Part shown: positions 33,535 through 47,776 of the stretch, in pieces
Numbering within the stretch: position 1 is the stretch's first letter
Layout: each line of letters opens with the position of its first letter
NCBI RefSeq assembly: GCF_947568905.1
Contig: NC_079167.1
Coordinates: 124,001-188,000 of the forward strand
From: Ostrea edulis
Lineage: Eukaryota
Direction: 5' to 3'
DNA: 64,000 nt
Program-made: the position numbers and the translations under genes
Notes under the pieces: generated by a model
What the model was told of the DNA's origin: nothing
The model's input: only the letters and a program-made list of their open reading frames with translations
The model's database searches: none

Positions 33535-34750
33535 AGATAATGAACAGTGATCAAACTCAAAAGCTACACAAAATAGACAGTTGGGCAAACACGAGCCTCT
33601 AGATATACCAGAAGTGGAATTAGGTACCTAGGAGGAGTAAGCATCCCCGTCACACTCGCCGTGAGCCCTAGATCGTGATCAAGAAAGTGGAGTTTTCTGT
33701 AGTAAAAATCATTGTGCCACAAATGGCCTAACAATCGGTATGAAACAGGATTTCACCTATTTATAGGCTGTACTGCCAAACTAGATCGTTATAACAACCA
33801 TAGAATTTGCAAAATGCTGCCTTTAAACGAAATTATTGAAACCCCTACACCACCAACTTGTTTATAAATAGCCTGCTTTGTTTTGAAAACTAATCATAGG
33901 CAGAAAAAGCTCTGTGGCTTGACCATCACTGAAGAGACATTATTTGTCGAAATGCGCATCTGGGGCATCAAATTAGGTACCGTAAAAGTTTTTCGTTAGG
34001 ACCCCTGAGCCACGGCCTCTGCTGGTGTCTCTACATTCCAGTAGCTAAATACTTCGTTACTAGCTTGAAAATACGGATATATATTCAATTGCTATGATCA
34101 AATTATGCATAGCTCTAATCCTTAGACGAATTTGACTTCAGGCTTTGGTACTCTGTTTTTCTTTTTAGTTTTTACAAATTTATTGTTATTTCGGGTTTCT
34201 GATATTTCCTTTTGAGCATCACTGAAGAAACTTTATTTGTAGAAATGTGCATCTGGTGCATCAGAATTGTTACCGTATAAGTTTTACATAAATGTGAGAA
34301 GCTGACGATGGAGATGCTAAAATCACCCCGTATGTCATAAAACTGAGTTGTTAGTTTGCCGTTAATATCAATTTTCAAAAAAATATCTAACTTTGAAGCA
34401 GAAATTGATGACTCCGCGGAGTCATTTATTTCGAGTTCACAAACATATATCGAATCGACATAGGAATGAAAATTATTATTGTTGATAGATGAAATGTCCT
34501 CTATGAAAGGTGGAAATAACGAACAGTGAGCAATCTCATAACTCCCACAAGCAATGCAAAATAGATAGATGGGCACGCACGGACCCCTGGACACAATAGA
34601 GGTGGAATCGGGTATCTAGGAGTAGGTATCCCCTGTCGACTAGTCACACCCGCCGTGAGCTCTATATCTTGATTAGGTAAACGGAATTACCCATTGTCAA
34701 AATCAGGGTACCAAGAACGGTTCAACAATCGCCATGAAACATGTCAAACT
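33535..34750 (-). mobile_element. Cluster of decayed Naiad 3' fragments with hammerhead-tail fragments between them
   Basis: Reverse complements of the Naiad thumb region and 3' UTR at about 33535-33905 and 34290-34750. Confidence 0.75.
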
Positions 34751-34861
34751 TGATTTCGAGTTTGGTTTTATATAAAAAGAAATAAATGACATTTGTGGGG
34801 GGGGGGGGGGCAAAATTTCATAAATGTTGCGTTTTCAATTTCAATCTATTCTTAAAATTAG

Positions 34862-35173
34862 GTGTGCCTTCCGTATCCATTATTGAGGTTCCAGAAGTTA
34901 TTGTAGGAAATCCTATCATCATTGTGCCTACCATTCAGTCTTGTCCAACACCAGTATCAGCAATATGGCAGAAAAATAACAGACATAATAATGAAGAGTT
35001 CGAAAGGCTAGAAATTAATGATTCCAAATACTTCGGGAGTAGCGATGATCCAGACGATCCGAGACTTGTCATGCAGAAAGTAACGCAAGAAGATGCATTA
35101 TATTACCGACTTATCGTGTCCAACGGGATAGCCCAGAGTGCAAGTAACACTATTTACCTGAAACTCATTGGAG
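34862..35173 (+). CDS. Exon: Ig-like domain 3
   Basis: ttag|...|gtagg, 312 bp; W..., DALYYRLIVSNG. Confidence 0.8.
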
Positions 35174-35331
35174 GTAGGTGCATACTTTTGTTGAGAAAAA
35201 AGTGAAATACATATTTCTCTTTGCGCAATTATGTACAGTACGAATGTATGAAATACTTTGTTTTATTTACTAAGAAGTATTTTCTTCTATCCTGATATCC
35301 TTGCCTATTTTACTTCAATTTTATTGAATAG

Positions 35332-35616
35332 GTGTCCCGTCTTTATATGTCCATCATGAAACGCATATTATGGAGAACAGTGTGACATTGGTATGTGAAA
35401 TGACCGTGCCAAATCATTCCCCAACGGTTTCTGATGTCTTTTGGACAAAAGATGACAGAAAGATTGACATTACAGGAAACGGAGAAAAATATTCAGGAGG
35501 GAGTATTGATAATCCCTCGCTAACTATCAAGACGGTGAACTCAAACGATGTGGGAATATATCAGTGTTGTGCGTCAAATTCTGTTGGAGAGATGTGCAGT
35601 GAGAAGATTTATCTTG
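35332..35616 (+). CDS. Exon: Ig domain 4
   Basis: atag|...|gtaaat, 285 bp; LVC..W..DVGIYQCCASNSVG. Confidence 0.85.
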
Positions 35617-36244
35617 GTAAATCAAGATGTCATATCATATCGTCCTATAAGCTATCTTGATCGTACATTTATATCGATCAGACGTTATCGATTACAGATT
35701 ATCATTGCGGCATTTATGAAATCAGCTGATTCAATAATGCAGCCCCGATACGGTTAAACTTGCCAAATAAAAAAAACTAACATTAGAGAAAGTGATCACG
35801 TGCGAAATAACATTAAAATCAAGCTTATCATTGCGTCTTGTTTGTCTGCGCTATGTTGAATACAGCTGATTCAGTAATGTAAATCAGACATGATTATACT
35901 CATAAGAATTATAGGAAGAGGAAGTTATCATGAGTATTATAACACTAAAATAATTAGAATCGTGATTTTATAGAAAAAGTTTCTAGCTTTATGAAGTATC
36001 AAACACAACTTAACTCATATTTCAGTGTAATATTCCTGTCTATCGAAAATTTTACCGACAGCTTGTTCAACACATAAAGATTCTGCGCTCACAGCGAGTG
36101 TGAACGGTCAACTAAAGTTTAAAAGTAAATTAATATTGGATTAGTGATATGTACAGGGAAATCCTTTATAAGTAATGAAATGTTCTAAATAGCGATTCAC
36201 ACACTCAACGGAAACTATAGTTAGTTATTTCATTATTTTGATAG

Positions 36245-36535
36245 GTCCACCTTCAATTGAGTTCGACAATCCAGACTTCGATGAATTACACAAAAGAGTC
36301 ACCTACATCGCTACGATCAAATCCATTCCTGTTGCTCTTAATGCTGAATGGAAAGTCAAACAAGATAGGAATGACGAATTTCAAGTTATAGATGTGCAAG
36401 ATCCGTTATACAGAGGGTCTATGATAACTTTGCCTCGTCCAAAACTGGTAGTAAACAAACACAAAGTCGAACAAGTAGAACCATTTCAACTTGAAGTTTT
36501 CAATTCCATCGGAAGTAGCAGAAAAAATACTCAAG
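36245..36535 (+). CDS. Exon: degenerate Ig-like domain 5
   Basis: atag|...|gtaac, 291 bp; similar to exons 1 and 3 (W, Y.GS, PKLVV, NSIG). Confidence 0.75.
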
Positions 36536-36719
36536 GTAACACAGAATTTCTTACATTCAGTTTTTCTGTCATCAACATATTTTGGTAGCAAAATTTCATA
36601 ATCACCTGCATATGGTGTTTATATCAACTTATTCGATACGAAAAAGCTTGTTATGCGTATGATCATCTTTTAAATAGAGACAGACTACTGCCAAATAAGT
36701 TGATGATAAGTTGTTAAGT

Positions 36720-37190
36720 AAGATGTTACAATAGGAGTGCCTTAGGGGTTCATATTGGGTCCATTGTTCTTCATTTTATTTGTTAACGATTATCCTAAAT
36801 ACCTAAAGCACTCAAATGCATTTGACGTAAAAGTTTGCAGACGACGTAAAATGCATATTTTCTGTGAAAGTTTCTTGCTTAAAGAATCAATGTGTACAGA
36901 CCAGGTTAGACATTCATCTATTTGTACACCAAGAAGTTTGGCCGTTTTAACAGTATCTAAAACAATATCTCCTACTTTGATACACATTTTTCTACACTTT
37001 GAGAGTTTTTGTGCAGTGCCAATCAACATACAGTGTGTTTTCATTAAATTCATCCTAAGTTTATTACTTTCCATCCATTTCATAGAGTTTAAAAGATCAT
37101 CATGTAACCTTTGCTCAATAACATCAATAGATTAATGTGAAACATCCTGAGATATATCATCTGCATATGTATTGTCAGCTTTTTTAGATT
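36720..37190. mobile_element. CR1/L2-like LINE RT fragment with internal inversion, nested in a Naiad fragment
   Basis: + strand GVP.GxILGPLFFILFVND (36733-36825); - strand YADD ... NKLRMNLMKT ... LGVQID (37190 to 36826). Confidence 0.7.
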
Positions 37191-37749
37191 GGTTGAGGCT
37201 ACTGACAAGCAAATTGATGATGCAGGAGTTTCGTTTAAAGTCTGCATTTCGCAAATCCTATGATCATTATAACGATATAGTTGCCAATACAACCCATCAT
37301 TGGGTCAAATGCTGTCTGACGTGTTTTTTTGCACACTGATTGTGATTCCGTTTAACTGAAAAAGATATCGGGCGTACATGAAAAACAAAATAAGGGGAAA
37401 TGCTCACTTTAAACAATACTGTTCAAATACTTATAACATTATTTTGTTTTTCAGTAACTTGCCTTGATTTAAAAGCTGATCATACAGAGAACAACTCTTG
37501 CGTATCGAATCAGTTAAGAAATATAAACACTAAATTATTTCATGAAAAGCGAAAACAATTGAATTCAATATAATTCTGTTTCCTTAGACATAGTTGTGGA
37601 CAGTCATGATGCTATTATAAACAAAGGTAAGATATCCCCAAATAAACCAATGCGTGCTCAACTTCTTCATCAATAGATATAATTTAAATTTTACATTTCA
37701 AAATTACGAGGAAATTAAATGTATCAAATTTTGACAATGTATATTTTAG

Positions 37750-37878
37750 AGATCCCAGTTCCTTTGATGAAATTCTACAGCAAAAGAGGTTCTAATGTTC
37801 TCTTTGCTAACCTCAGTGACGACCTGGTGAAATCAATTCCAGAGAATACACTTGACAGCCTCAAGCTCGTTCTTCTTG
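37750..37878 (+). CDS. Exon: N-terminal part of a death-effector-like domain
   Basis: ttttag|...|gtaagt, 129 bp; LFANLSDDL..NTLDSLKLVL. Confidence 0.7.
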
Positions 37879-38354
37879 GTAAGTTATACCTACCCATTAT
37901 ATACAGCTGGCACTTTGGAAACTGCTCCAACCTCTAGTAAATCCAGGGAGTCATGTTTCTATGTGGTCGGTGTTGATGTTTGGATTAGTAAGGGTTTGTA
38001 TTAGAGAATATTAACAGCCGAAAACTCAGCTTAGACATTCAAAACGTGTGTTTTCATCGATACCAATTAGAACATCGCTAGGTATATCCCTTATTTTTCA
38101 ACATAGGGTCAGGGTTACAACCAACTGCAGATTGTTAGGTCGTTCTTTTGATTACGGATATCTTTCTTTACCTCATCAAGATACAGGGCTAACGACGGAT
38201 GTGACCGATTGACAGAGGATGATTACTCCTATGTACCTGATCCGACCTGTACTGTGAACAGGGGTCCGTGTTTGTCCATCTCTTTATTTTCATTGCTTAT
38301 AAGTGTTACGAGTGATATATATCATTATATATCTACCACTACAATTGATTACTT

Positions 38355-38660
38355 GCATGTTCTATGGTCGTTATAACGATCTAGTTCGTCAATATAACCT
38401 CGCATTGGGTCAAATGCTGTCTGACGTGTTTCATACCGATTGTAAAGCCGTTGTTGGCACACTGATTTGACTGCGGATAACTCCGTTTACCTGATCAGGA
38501 TATGGGGCTCACGGCAGGTGTGACCGGTCAACAGGGGATGCTTACTCCTCCTAGGCACCTGATCCCACGTCTGATGTGTCCATGGGTCTGTGTTTGTCGA
38601 ACTATCTATTTTGTATTGCTTAAAAGAGTTATAAAATTGATTTATGTTCATTATCCTTAC
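38355..38660 (+). mobile_element. Naiad 3' end fragment
   Basis: ttctatggtcgttataacgatctagttcgtc... through the 3' UTR. Confidence 0.85.
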
Positions 38661-41600
38661 CATTCAGAGCTTGTAACACTCTTTTGATGGTTAAATCATG
38701 CATCATATGATGTGTTTTAAGGTAGTGATTGCAAAGCATCACACTATTTTCGTTTCCGATTCTGGAATACGTCAAGCGATAAGCATCAGTAATAACGACA
38801 GACGATGGAAACAAAGACTTGTCAGATATAACCAGACACATGATCAAGTATAAATATGTTTAGAAATATACAAGTAAACTAAAATACAAATGAAAAACCC
38901 TTTGTGTTTTTTTTTCAATATCTTTTAAATAATAGTTATAGTTTATTTCTCCATTATTCATATATAAATATATCCCAACCCCCGCTCCCCGGTTAATTGT
39001 AAGTCTTACAAAACTTAAAATCAATTCACAAACCACTGGGCCTATTAAATTTATAATAGATAATGTTATAAATTTCAAAACATGTATGTGGTGTTTGTGC
39101 ATAAAAATCTAAAATGCTGGATGTGTAATATCAGAGGGAAACATGGGTTATATAAACGCGTCATTTTGAGCAAAAATATTGACAATTTTAATAATATCTT
39201 TCCTAATTACACTATACATAGCTTTAAAACACTTTATTTTGCTGCAAGTATTATCATTGTCCACTTTAGGTCACCAAGAAATCATAGGAGTCTATTTTGT
39301 AACGTGAATGTTAAGACAAATCAAAAAGTGTGAATTTTGAATACAAAAGTTGCTGTTAATGATTTTCTCAATTAGTTCATTTATTTCATATAATTTAAAA
39401 AATAAAGAGAGTTTCGTTGTTTTGATAATCGCTTGGTTTGAAAGAGAAAGAGAAAAAATAATGTTGCAAGCAATACCACGTCACAATGCACACTTAACAT
39501 GGACTGTGTTATATTTTCCGTGTTTTAACATACACTTACAGAGCATAAATATACAAGAAATTTCAAACAGAACGTAGTAAAACATCTTAAAAGCAACAGT
39601 GCTATCATTCTATGTAAAAGTAATTCAATAGTAAACATCAAAACATATTTATAGTTTTAGCATGATACCCTCCGCCGTTGTCAGAATTTGAACACTTTTA
39701 AAAAACCATTTAAAAACACATCTTTTTAGACTTGCATATTATTAGTATTATAGGTGGTTATATCTTTGGTTTCTTTACCTTTATTTAAACATGACTTTTT
39801 CCAAGTGTATAAATGTATATTTATTTCAACTATTATATTTCATAGTATTTGATTATACGGCGTGGAACTTTTTTCATGCATATCATGTTTAAGATTTTCG
39901 TAATTTTATTTCACATTATTGATGTTTTTCTTGCATTGTCTTGATATTATCTGTCTTAGTGATATTATAATATCCTTTTACTACGTTTATAACATGCTGT
40001 ATCATTTTTATTGTGTGCTGCGCTTTAGAGTGGATATTTATAGTCATATAGGGCGCTATATAAATAGATAAATGTTATATAAATATTAAATACATGTAAG
40101 ATGCATATTTATTGTATTATCACCAACAGCATTTATGTAAGGAGGTGGAGGGGAGGGTAACTATAGTGTTCATAGCGCCATGGTAAACCTGAAAACCAAT
40201 ATTGATACTTTCAGAAAAAATTCCTACTAACATATGTTAAAACACATGTAAAAATAAAAAGAATTCATTGGTCTTTTTTTTTCAGGGGGTGAAAATATGT
40301 CTATTTTGGGGAATAATTGCCTTCTAAAAATTGCACAATTGCTCATAAGTAGCCGTGCTACTACTTCTTATGAAAATAAATGAATATCTTGATACAAATC
40401 ACATATCAATTTAAGCCTTAACTTCAATTTCATGGTACATTTGTATTACTTACTCTTTCTGTATCATTTTAAACACCATATGAAACACCTGTACCATTTA
40501 TTACAGAAAGTCGACAAGAAGGGTTAATGTGACAACCGTAGCGTCCCAATTTTAGTGAAAATCATATATGACTTTCATAATCAGTTATATATACTCATAG
40601 CTACAAAATATGTAAGAAGTCAACAAATTCATAGATTCATTGATTTTCAAAGACCCATGCAATCACTACCCTAACGAGCCATTCAATAAACGTTTAGAGT
40701 AATGAGAGCACTAATTATCTTAAACGATGGTCAGGCGGTATCACCCTGTACACGCACCTGTTAACTTGTTGAGTGACAAAAACTGTACAAAAAGTGTCAA
40801 TCAATTTGTAACTTGGAAAATCGCAAAAAAATACTCAATTAAGAAATAACAATGCTTTGGGGTATTTTCGCAAAATTTCTGATACACAAGAAGGACCTGT
40901 TACACAGTATTCTTATTCGATATGTTTTAACAAATTGGAAACGCAATTTTGTCGAATATTTGACCTGCTAAAATATTTCTTTCATGTACCATTAACTGCA
41001 CGAAACCCTGTATATGTGACCCCAATGGGATTTTTCAACACCAAGGAATGTTTTGATATGATAAATGTCCTAACTACCTTTCAGAGAGTGATTCACTCCC
41101 TTTGTGAAGATGATGACACAGCGAGAAATGGGACAATCATTTTCAAACCATACATGCACTCTTCCACCACTTGAATAAAGCAAAATTAACAGTGAACCTT
41201 ACAAAGTGTAAATTTAGTCAGGCTAACTTAGAATAGCTGGGTCATAAAGTAGGTTAAAGTCATGTTATTCCTATTTTGGCTAAAAGAAACAAACAAGTTA
41301 TTACAATTTTTCCGATTTGTAAAAACAAAAAATTAGTTGATTGTTAGAGGAATAAATGACTCTACAGCCCAGTAGCTAAGTACTTCGTTACTAGCTTGAA
41401 AATACGGATGTATATTTAGTTGCTGTTATAAAATCTAGAAATTCATTTCAAAATTAAGAATTATCTCCCACACGCATAGCTCTTATCCTTAGACGAATTG
41501 ACTCTGCTTTTTGGCACATTGTTTTCCCCATAATAGCTCTAAAACTTCATTATTATTTAGGATTTCAAATATTTCGGTTGAGCATCACTGAAGAGACATT

Positions 41601-41974
41601 ATTTGTCGACATGTGCATCTGGTGCATCAAAATTGGTACCATATAAGTTTTACATTATGGTTAAATTTGAATGCACTGTGACGAACGTTTTTTGTAAAAT
41701 CAAATCTGTCTCGCAGCAATTCAACTTCCCATTGATGCTAGTAATCATAATGTACGAGTCAGTGCTGTTTTCTATATCGAAACTGTAGTAAGAGTTACTT
41801 CATTTTTTCAAAGAAACTTACACAATGTCAGCAATATAATTCAACCATTGAAAAAGAATGTATTGCTGATTTTACATTGAATGTTACGGCAGGGTTAAGG
41901 TCAGGGTTAAGGTTAGGGTTAGGGTTACACCCAATTCGTATTTTTACGGATCAGAGCCCCTTCACTTTCTCATA

Positions 41975-42060
41975 TTATCAAGGTGGAATTTGTTGTGATA
42001 TTGACATTAAGCATATCAAAGGCAAAGACAATGTTATTACAGATGCATTGTCAAGAGTAT
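41975..42060 (+). mobile_element. Gypsy RNase H C-terminal remnant
   Basis: DIDIKHIKGKDNVITDALSR. Confidence 0.65.
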
Positions 42061-43849
42061 TGTCAATATGCTATGTTACAGTTTTAATCTATTTCTTTGA
42101 ATATTTGTAAATGTGTGCCATGCAAATATCGACACAATGTGGAGTATTTGGAATATATGACATGGGATATATGGAATATAGACGTGAAACGCTGAGAATT
42201 TATTGATATTATGAAAGTATGTTGATTTCATTCAATTACAAGTTTGTTTAACGGGGAAAACATTATATTTAGCATGTCGATCCGATTTTCCACAACTCTG
42301 CATACTTTGAAAAACTTTTTATACACAGTTTGAAAAGTCATAAATTAATGTACACGGCAATTACTGATAGACTCGTCTGTTAAGCAAACTTTTACAGAAA
42401 ACTGCAGAGCATCAGTGCAAAATGTCAAATATTGGCTAGATGGTTTCGTGTTTAAATGTTTAATAATTATTTCTTACTGAACGTGGTAAGATTATATCAG
42501 TAATTCTGATATATCATGGGTGTTGTACCGTCATCATCGCCAGTTAGACCAATATTTCAATCCAGGGGTAGTGTGCTACTTTTCCATTTTCTATAAAGAT
42601 ACATACTTGATCTATTTATAACAGTCATGCAATGACGTCAAATGGAAGCGCATGTTTGTCATGTTGTTATGATACAAAATGTTCTGATGTAAACAACCAA
42701 AATAGTTTTAAGAGTTAGTAGTCCATCTCTCTGTGTAGGACATATTTTTAAAAGTATGCAGTTTACGTGCTTAATGGAGCATGATCTGCTTTAACATACC
42801 CGCGTAACTCCGTTTCTTTTCATTGAGGTATTTTTCTGTAAATAAATTGATAAAAATGTGAATCCTTTGTGGTTGTTTTCGGCTTGTCAGGGAGTATTCC
42901 GACCCATAACAACATGACTTAAAGGACGAGTTTATTCCAGTTGAATTCTAACCTTTTCGTAGTTTGGCTGCAGAGAAAAAATATCTTAAATATATCTATT
43001 AGTTTTAGCATTTTCAAAAAGTTTATTGCAAAATTACATTTATTTACTTTAAATATAAAATAGCTCCGCTCGTGACGCAATAACGATGCTTTCCAAATAA
43101 TGTGCTATCGGTCAAAAACATGGGAAAGGCGAAGATAACGAACAGTGATTAATCTTATAATTTCCACAAGGAATTCCAAATGATGAGTTGAGCACCCCTG
43201 GACACACCAGAGGTGGGATCAGGTGTCTAAAAGACGTAAGCATTTCCTGCCGATCGGTCACACTGGTCGTGAGCCATATGTCTTTATCAGGTAAACGGAG
43301 TGATCAGTAATCAAAATCAGTTTGTCAAGAACTGCTTAACAATCGGTATGAAATACTACAAATAGCATTTTAGTCAATGATAGGCTATATGGACAAACAC
43401 ATTCGTCTCATCTTTAACTGTGTAACAACGCATCTCTAGCCGTGAAAAGGAAAACCACGAAAGACATTATGTCTAATACTCTTTTTGCAAGACAACCCAC
43501 AGTAACACTTCTAAAAACCAATGAAGCGCCAGCCATCGTGCCACCATCAACTCGCACTCTACATTCACTCCGCACACATCCATTTTAACTGTACAATCTT
43601 CACATCTCGATGACAAAAACCTCGATGATATTTTCGCTGATTTTGGACAACCTTCTATCCAGCTGCAACTACCAAAGTCCCGTCCTTCCAGGGATGCACA
43701 TTTCTCAATTTAAACATAGATTCGTGACTCTATGAATCACAACGATGGTAATCAACAAGTCTACGTCATATGTCACAGCTGCTGAAGCTTTGCTTGGGTT
43801 TACGCAAATATTAGAGGTCTATATATTGATAACTTTCGAAAATTAAACA

Positions 43850-44975
43850 CAGTACACGACACGAGTTTTATACACCCCACCGTGGAAAGACCACGGAGGA
43901 AAATCCACGGAGATACACGTCTGCAGTTTTGTTTCAATCGTTGTCAACTCTTTACTTTGTGATATTTTAAGACTACATGTACTCAATTCAATTTATTGGA
44001 TCTCATCACCATTATGCAATGGTATATAAAAATATAAAGACAAAAAACTGTTATATATACATTTAGTAAATAATACATGCGTGTAATAAAGTATTTATCA
44101 TGTTAGAAAAAAAAAACTTAAAAAAAATGTGTTATTATTAATGTGAAGTATGGGCATTCTAATGAAATTTTCCTAATGAAAGTACGAAGTTTTCTAAAGG
44201 TTTGTTTAAAAGTAAAGATAGTTTTAATATTTATTTGTTTAAGTGATAAAAATTTGATTCTTTGCTCACATTGCTTCACAGTTGAGTACATAATGAAATT
44301 CATATCCAATGTAAACATGTACATGTATATAGCTGACCTTAATCACATATTCCTAATTACAATGAAAACCTTAAGTAAAAATAAACTATTGCTTATGGTA
44401 CACATTTCTTTGAACTGCTGGTTATCAAATTGAAATTACTGGCATGTGATTGTCGTTGTTCATGACCCTTCTTTTATTTGGTGAAATTGTGCTGCACGTG
44501 CCGTGAAACAATGTACCGTACCGACGAGTGGTAGGAATAACACAGGTGTTTATATACAGGATGTCGATAATTTGGGCGTTTCATAAAAAGGTGTGATCGT
44601 CTGCAGGGAAGTCTACATACGGATATGAACTGAAAACACCAACGTATCATTAAACAAAAATTACAAGAATTGAATAATTTATAGCTAATTTCTAAATAAG
44701 TAATGGGGTGAGGGCATGTATGCTGGCCACGCGAAAAGGTTTTTTGGGTGAATCATTTCGGAAATTATTTCTTTGTTTTATCACACGGAGGTACACGGTG
44801 GCATCGACGGAGGTACAGGTGACATCCACGGAGATCCTCCGTGGACTTCAATGTCTAGCTCGCGCGGAAAAATAGGACTTCAAAGGTGCCGACAATTTTA
44901 AAGGTCCACCGTGTTTGGGGCAAATTTGTTCCACCGCGTTGCGTGGAACACGTATACAACTCGTGTCGTGTACTG
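43850..44975. mobile_element. Non-autonomous Tc1/mariner-type DNA transposon
   Basis: TIR cagtacacgacacgagtt / aactcgtgtcgtgtactg; TA on the right, CA on the left; subterminal ccacggag repeats. Confidence 0.75.
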
Positions 44976-45505
44976 TACAATGTTAAATTCTCAGAAAATA
45001 CAATTGTTCTTATTCAAAAGTTGTTTGTTAAAATAGTTTAAATATGTAAAAATAGAATTAAGAAATTATTTTTCTTTCCTGAAAGCATCTCCTCTCTTGA
45101 TTGTCCGATTTCTGCAGTAGAACATATTCGTTATATGGATTATTGGTGTAACGGCTCAGATAATTATAAACTTTGATAGGGAATGTGAGTTCTTATAACC
45201 TGCCAAGAATCCATATAACAAATATTGTTAAACGTCCTATTTCAGAATCTTTCACTATGTTTGGCGCGTATTGCCTTATATCAATAAGGATTTTTTATCG
45301 TTCCACACCTACTGTAACACGGGGCATCGAGCAAACAATGAGTACTGAGGACTTATTATAACGTTACCTCGTAATATTTGTTCAATGAGAAGTATCACGT
45401 GATAATAATCGGATCGGTATTTTTTGTTATTGTTGTTTTTGCATCTCTTTCTGTATCCTTTAAATTGCTATGATTTTCAATGCATTTTACATGTATTTCT
45501 ATCAG

Positions 45506-45715
45506 GTTTAAATGAAGTTGATGCAGAATCAATAAAGGAGTTGAAATCCGTCACAGAGCTGCTCATGCTTCTTCAAGAGCATAAACTCTTCACTCAGACA
45601 GACGTGATTTTCATGCAATATTTACTAAAAAGAGCCGGATGTCAGAAATTGTATGAGAAATGCGTTCATTATGCTAGACAACAGAGAGCATTATGTTTTT
45701 TTGAAAAAAACCCAG
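45506..45715 (+). CDS. Exon: remainder of the death-effector-like domain
   Basis: atcag|...|gtaac, 210 bp; SVTELLMLLQEHKLFTQTDVIFMQYLLKRAGCQKL. Confidence 0.75.
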
Positions 45716-45842
45716 GTAACATTTGTTATGCATTGGATTGTTTAAGAAAGCATCATTCTTATAATCTTCAAACTGTAAACGAATTCAATTGATTAAACTA
45801 TAATTGATACCTCACTGAAACGAAATACCCATATCATTGCAG

Positions 45843-46139
45843 ACAATGGATTTAAGCACGTCAAGTTTCACGTGGCAGGGAATTTTGAGATGTATTCACG
45901 AGAGGACATTGAGAAGATCAGAATAACAGTCGTTGCTATGTTATGCTGCGAAGATGGTGATGTTGTGGTAGACAAACTTGGCCCCGATAAAAGCTTCATT
46001 GTAGTCTTAGCCATCAAGGAAATATTCGTCAGCAAAATCTTACATATGGATCAGCAACACATTAAGAAACTCTGTGATTTGAAAGTGGACTACTTCATTT
46101 TGAACGACAATAAGTATTACACTGAAAGTCTTCTGAAAG
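45843..46139 (+). CDS. Exon: uncharacterised alpha/beta domain (possibly TRADD-N-like)
   Basis: ttgcag|...|gtaag, 297 bp, open in frame; family name is a tentative recollection. Confidence 0.65.
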
Positions 46140-46544
46140 GTAAGAATTTACTCGGGATATCAGACTAATTTTGTAATCTAATAGATATGGATAAAAACGA
46201 GATTGTTAAAATTTCCAATTTTCATAACAATATTTTATGTTCCAATCTTGCCCAAACACATTTGGGTTTTCTTCAGACTCTCTTATCATTATCGTGCAGC
46301 GATAAATACTAATACCCTGAACTTTATTTCGCAACCCTCAACTGTGTTTACATATACATGTTAGAACTATTTCCATATTCTGCATTTCATTGAATCTACA
46401 AACATGTACCAACTGAGCTGCAATGAATATTTTGTAAATACTAAAACCAATATGTTTATTTCCTCAATTGATCTTATTATAGAATACAATACTTGGTTCT
46501 CTTAGATATTGAGAAAGATAGACAAGAGTGGGTCTTCTGAAGCA

Positions 46545-47775
46545 TTAATGAAAGGTGAAGATAACGAACGGTGATCAATCTCATAACTCCTATAAGCAAT
46601 ACAAAATAGATATTTGGGCAACCACGAACCCCTGGACACACCGAGAGGTGGGATCAGGTGCCTGGGAGAAGTAAACATCCCCTGTCGACTGGTCACACCC
46701 GCCATGAGCCATATATAATAATTAGGTAAACGGAGTTATCCGTAGTCAAAATAAATGTGCCAAGAACGGCCTAACAATCGGTATGAAACATGTCAGACAG
46801 CATTTAACCAAATGGTAGGTTGTATTGACAAACTAGATCGTTATAACGATCATAGAATTTCCAAAATCTGGAGTTCAATCGAGACTGTTGAAACCCCTTT
46901 ACAATCAACTTCTTTGTCAGTGGCTTGCCTCGATTTAAAAACTGACTATACGCAGAACAAGCTCTTGCGTATCGAATCAGTTGAGAGATTTAAACACCAT
47001 ATCCAGGTGATAATAGAATATTCCTACATAGATTTGGGGAGTTGACGATGGAGAAGCTGAATCATCCCGTTTGTCAAACATTTCAGTTGTCAGTTTGCTG
47101 TTAACGCCTCCTTTCAATAAAAATATCTAAGTATAAAGTAGAAGTAAACGACTCTGTATAAACACCCTCACAAACAAAATGATGTTTCGTGGGTTTTTAT
47201 GCCTGGTTTTAAGCTAGCAACTTATACGCAGCTTATGCAACTTATATAGTCATTATAACAACTTATTTTGCCAATACTACCTGCCATTGGATCAAATACT
47301 GCCTGACGTGTTTCATACCAATTGTTAGACTGTTCTTGTAAATTTGAATTTGAATTTGACTACGGATTACTCATTTCTACCTGGAAAAGTTACAGGGTTT
47401 ACGGCTGTGACCAGTCAAGAGGATATGCTTATCATCCCTCTGTACCTGATCCCACCTCTAACATATTCAGGGATTCAAGTCGCCCAAGTCTTAATTTCAT
47501 ATTTCTTATGAAAGGTGAAGATAACGAACAGTGCTTAATCGCATAGATCCCATAAGCAGTACAAAATAGATAGTTGGGCAAACACGGACCCCTTGGACAC
47601 ACCAGAGGTGGGATCAGGTGCCTAGGAGGAGTAAGCATCCACTATCGACCTGTCACACCCACCCTGAGCGATCTATTTTGATCAGGTAAACGGATTTATC
47701 GTAGTCAAAATCATTGTGCCATGAACGGTCTAACAATCGGTATGAAACACGTCAGACAGCTTTTGACCCAACGAT
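46545..47775. mobile_element. Cluster of Naiad fragments in both orientations
   Basis: Minus copy about 46545-47140, plus remnant about 47200-47500, minus remnant 47505-47775 continuing after the MITE at 48679. Confidence 0.8.
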
Positions 47776-47776
47776 A

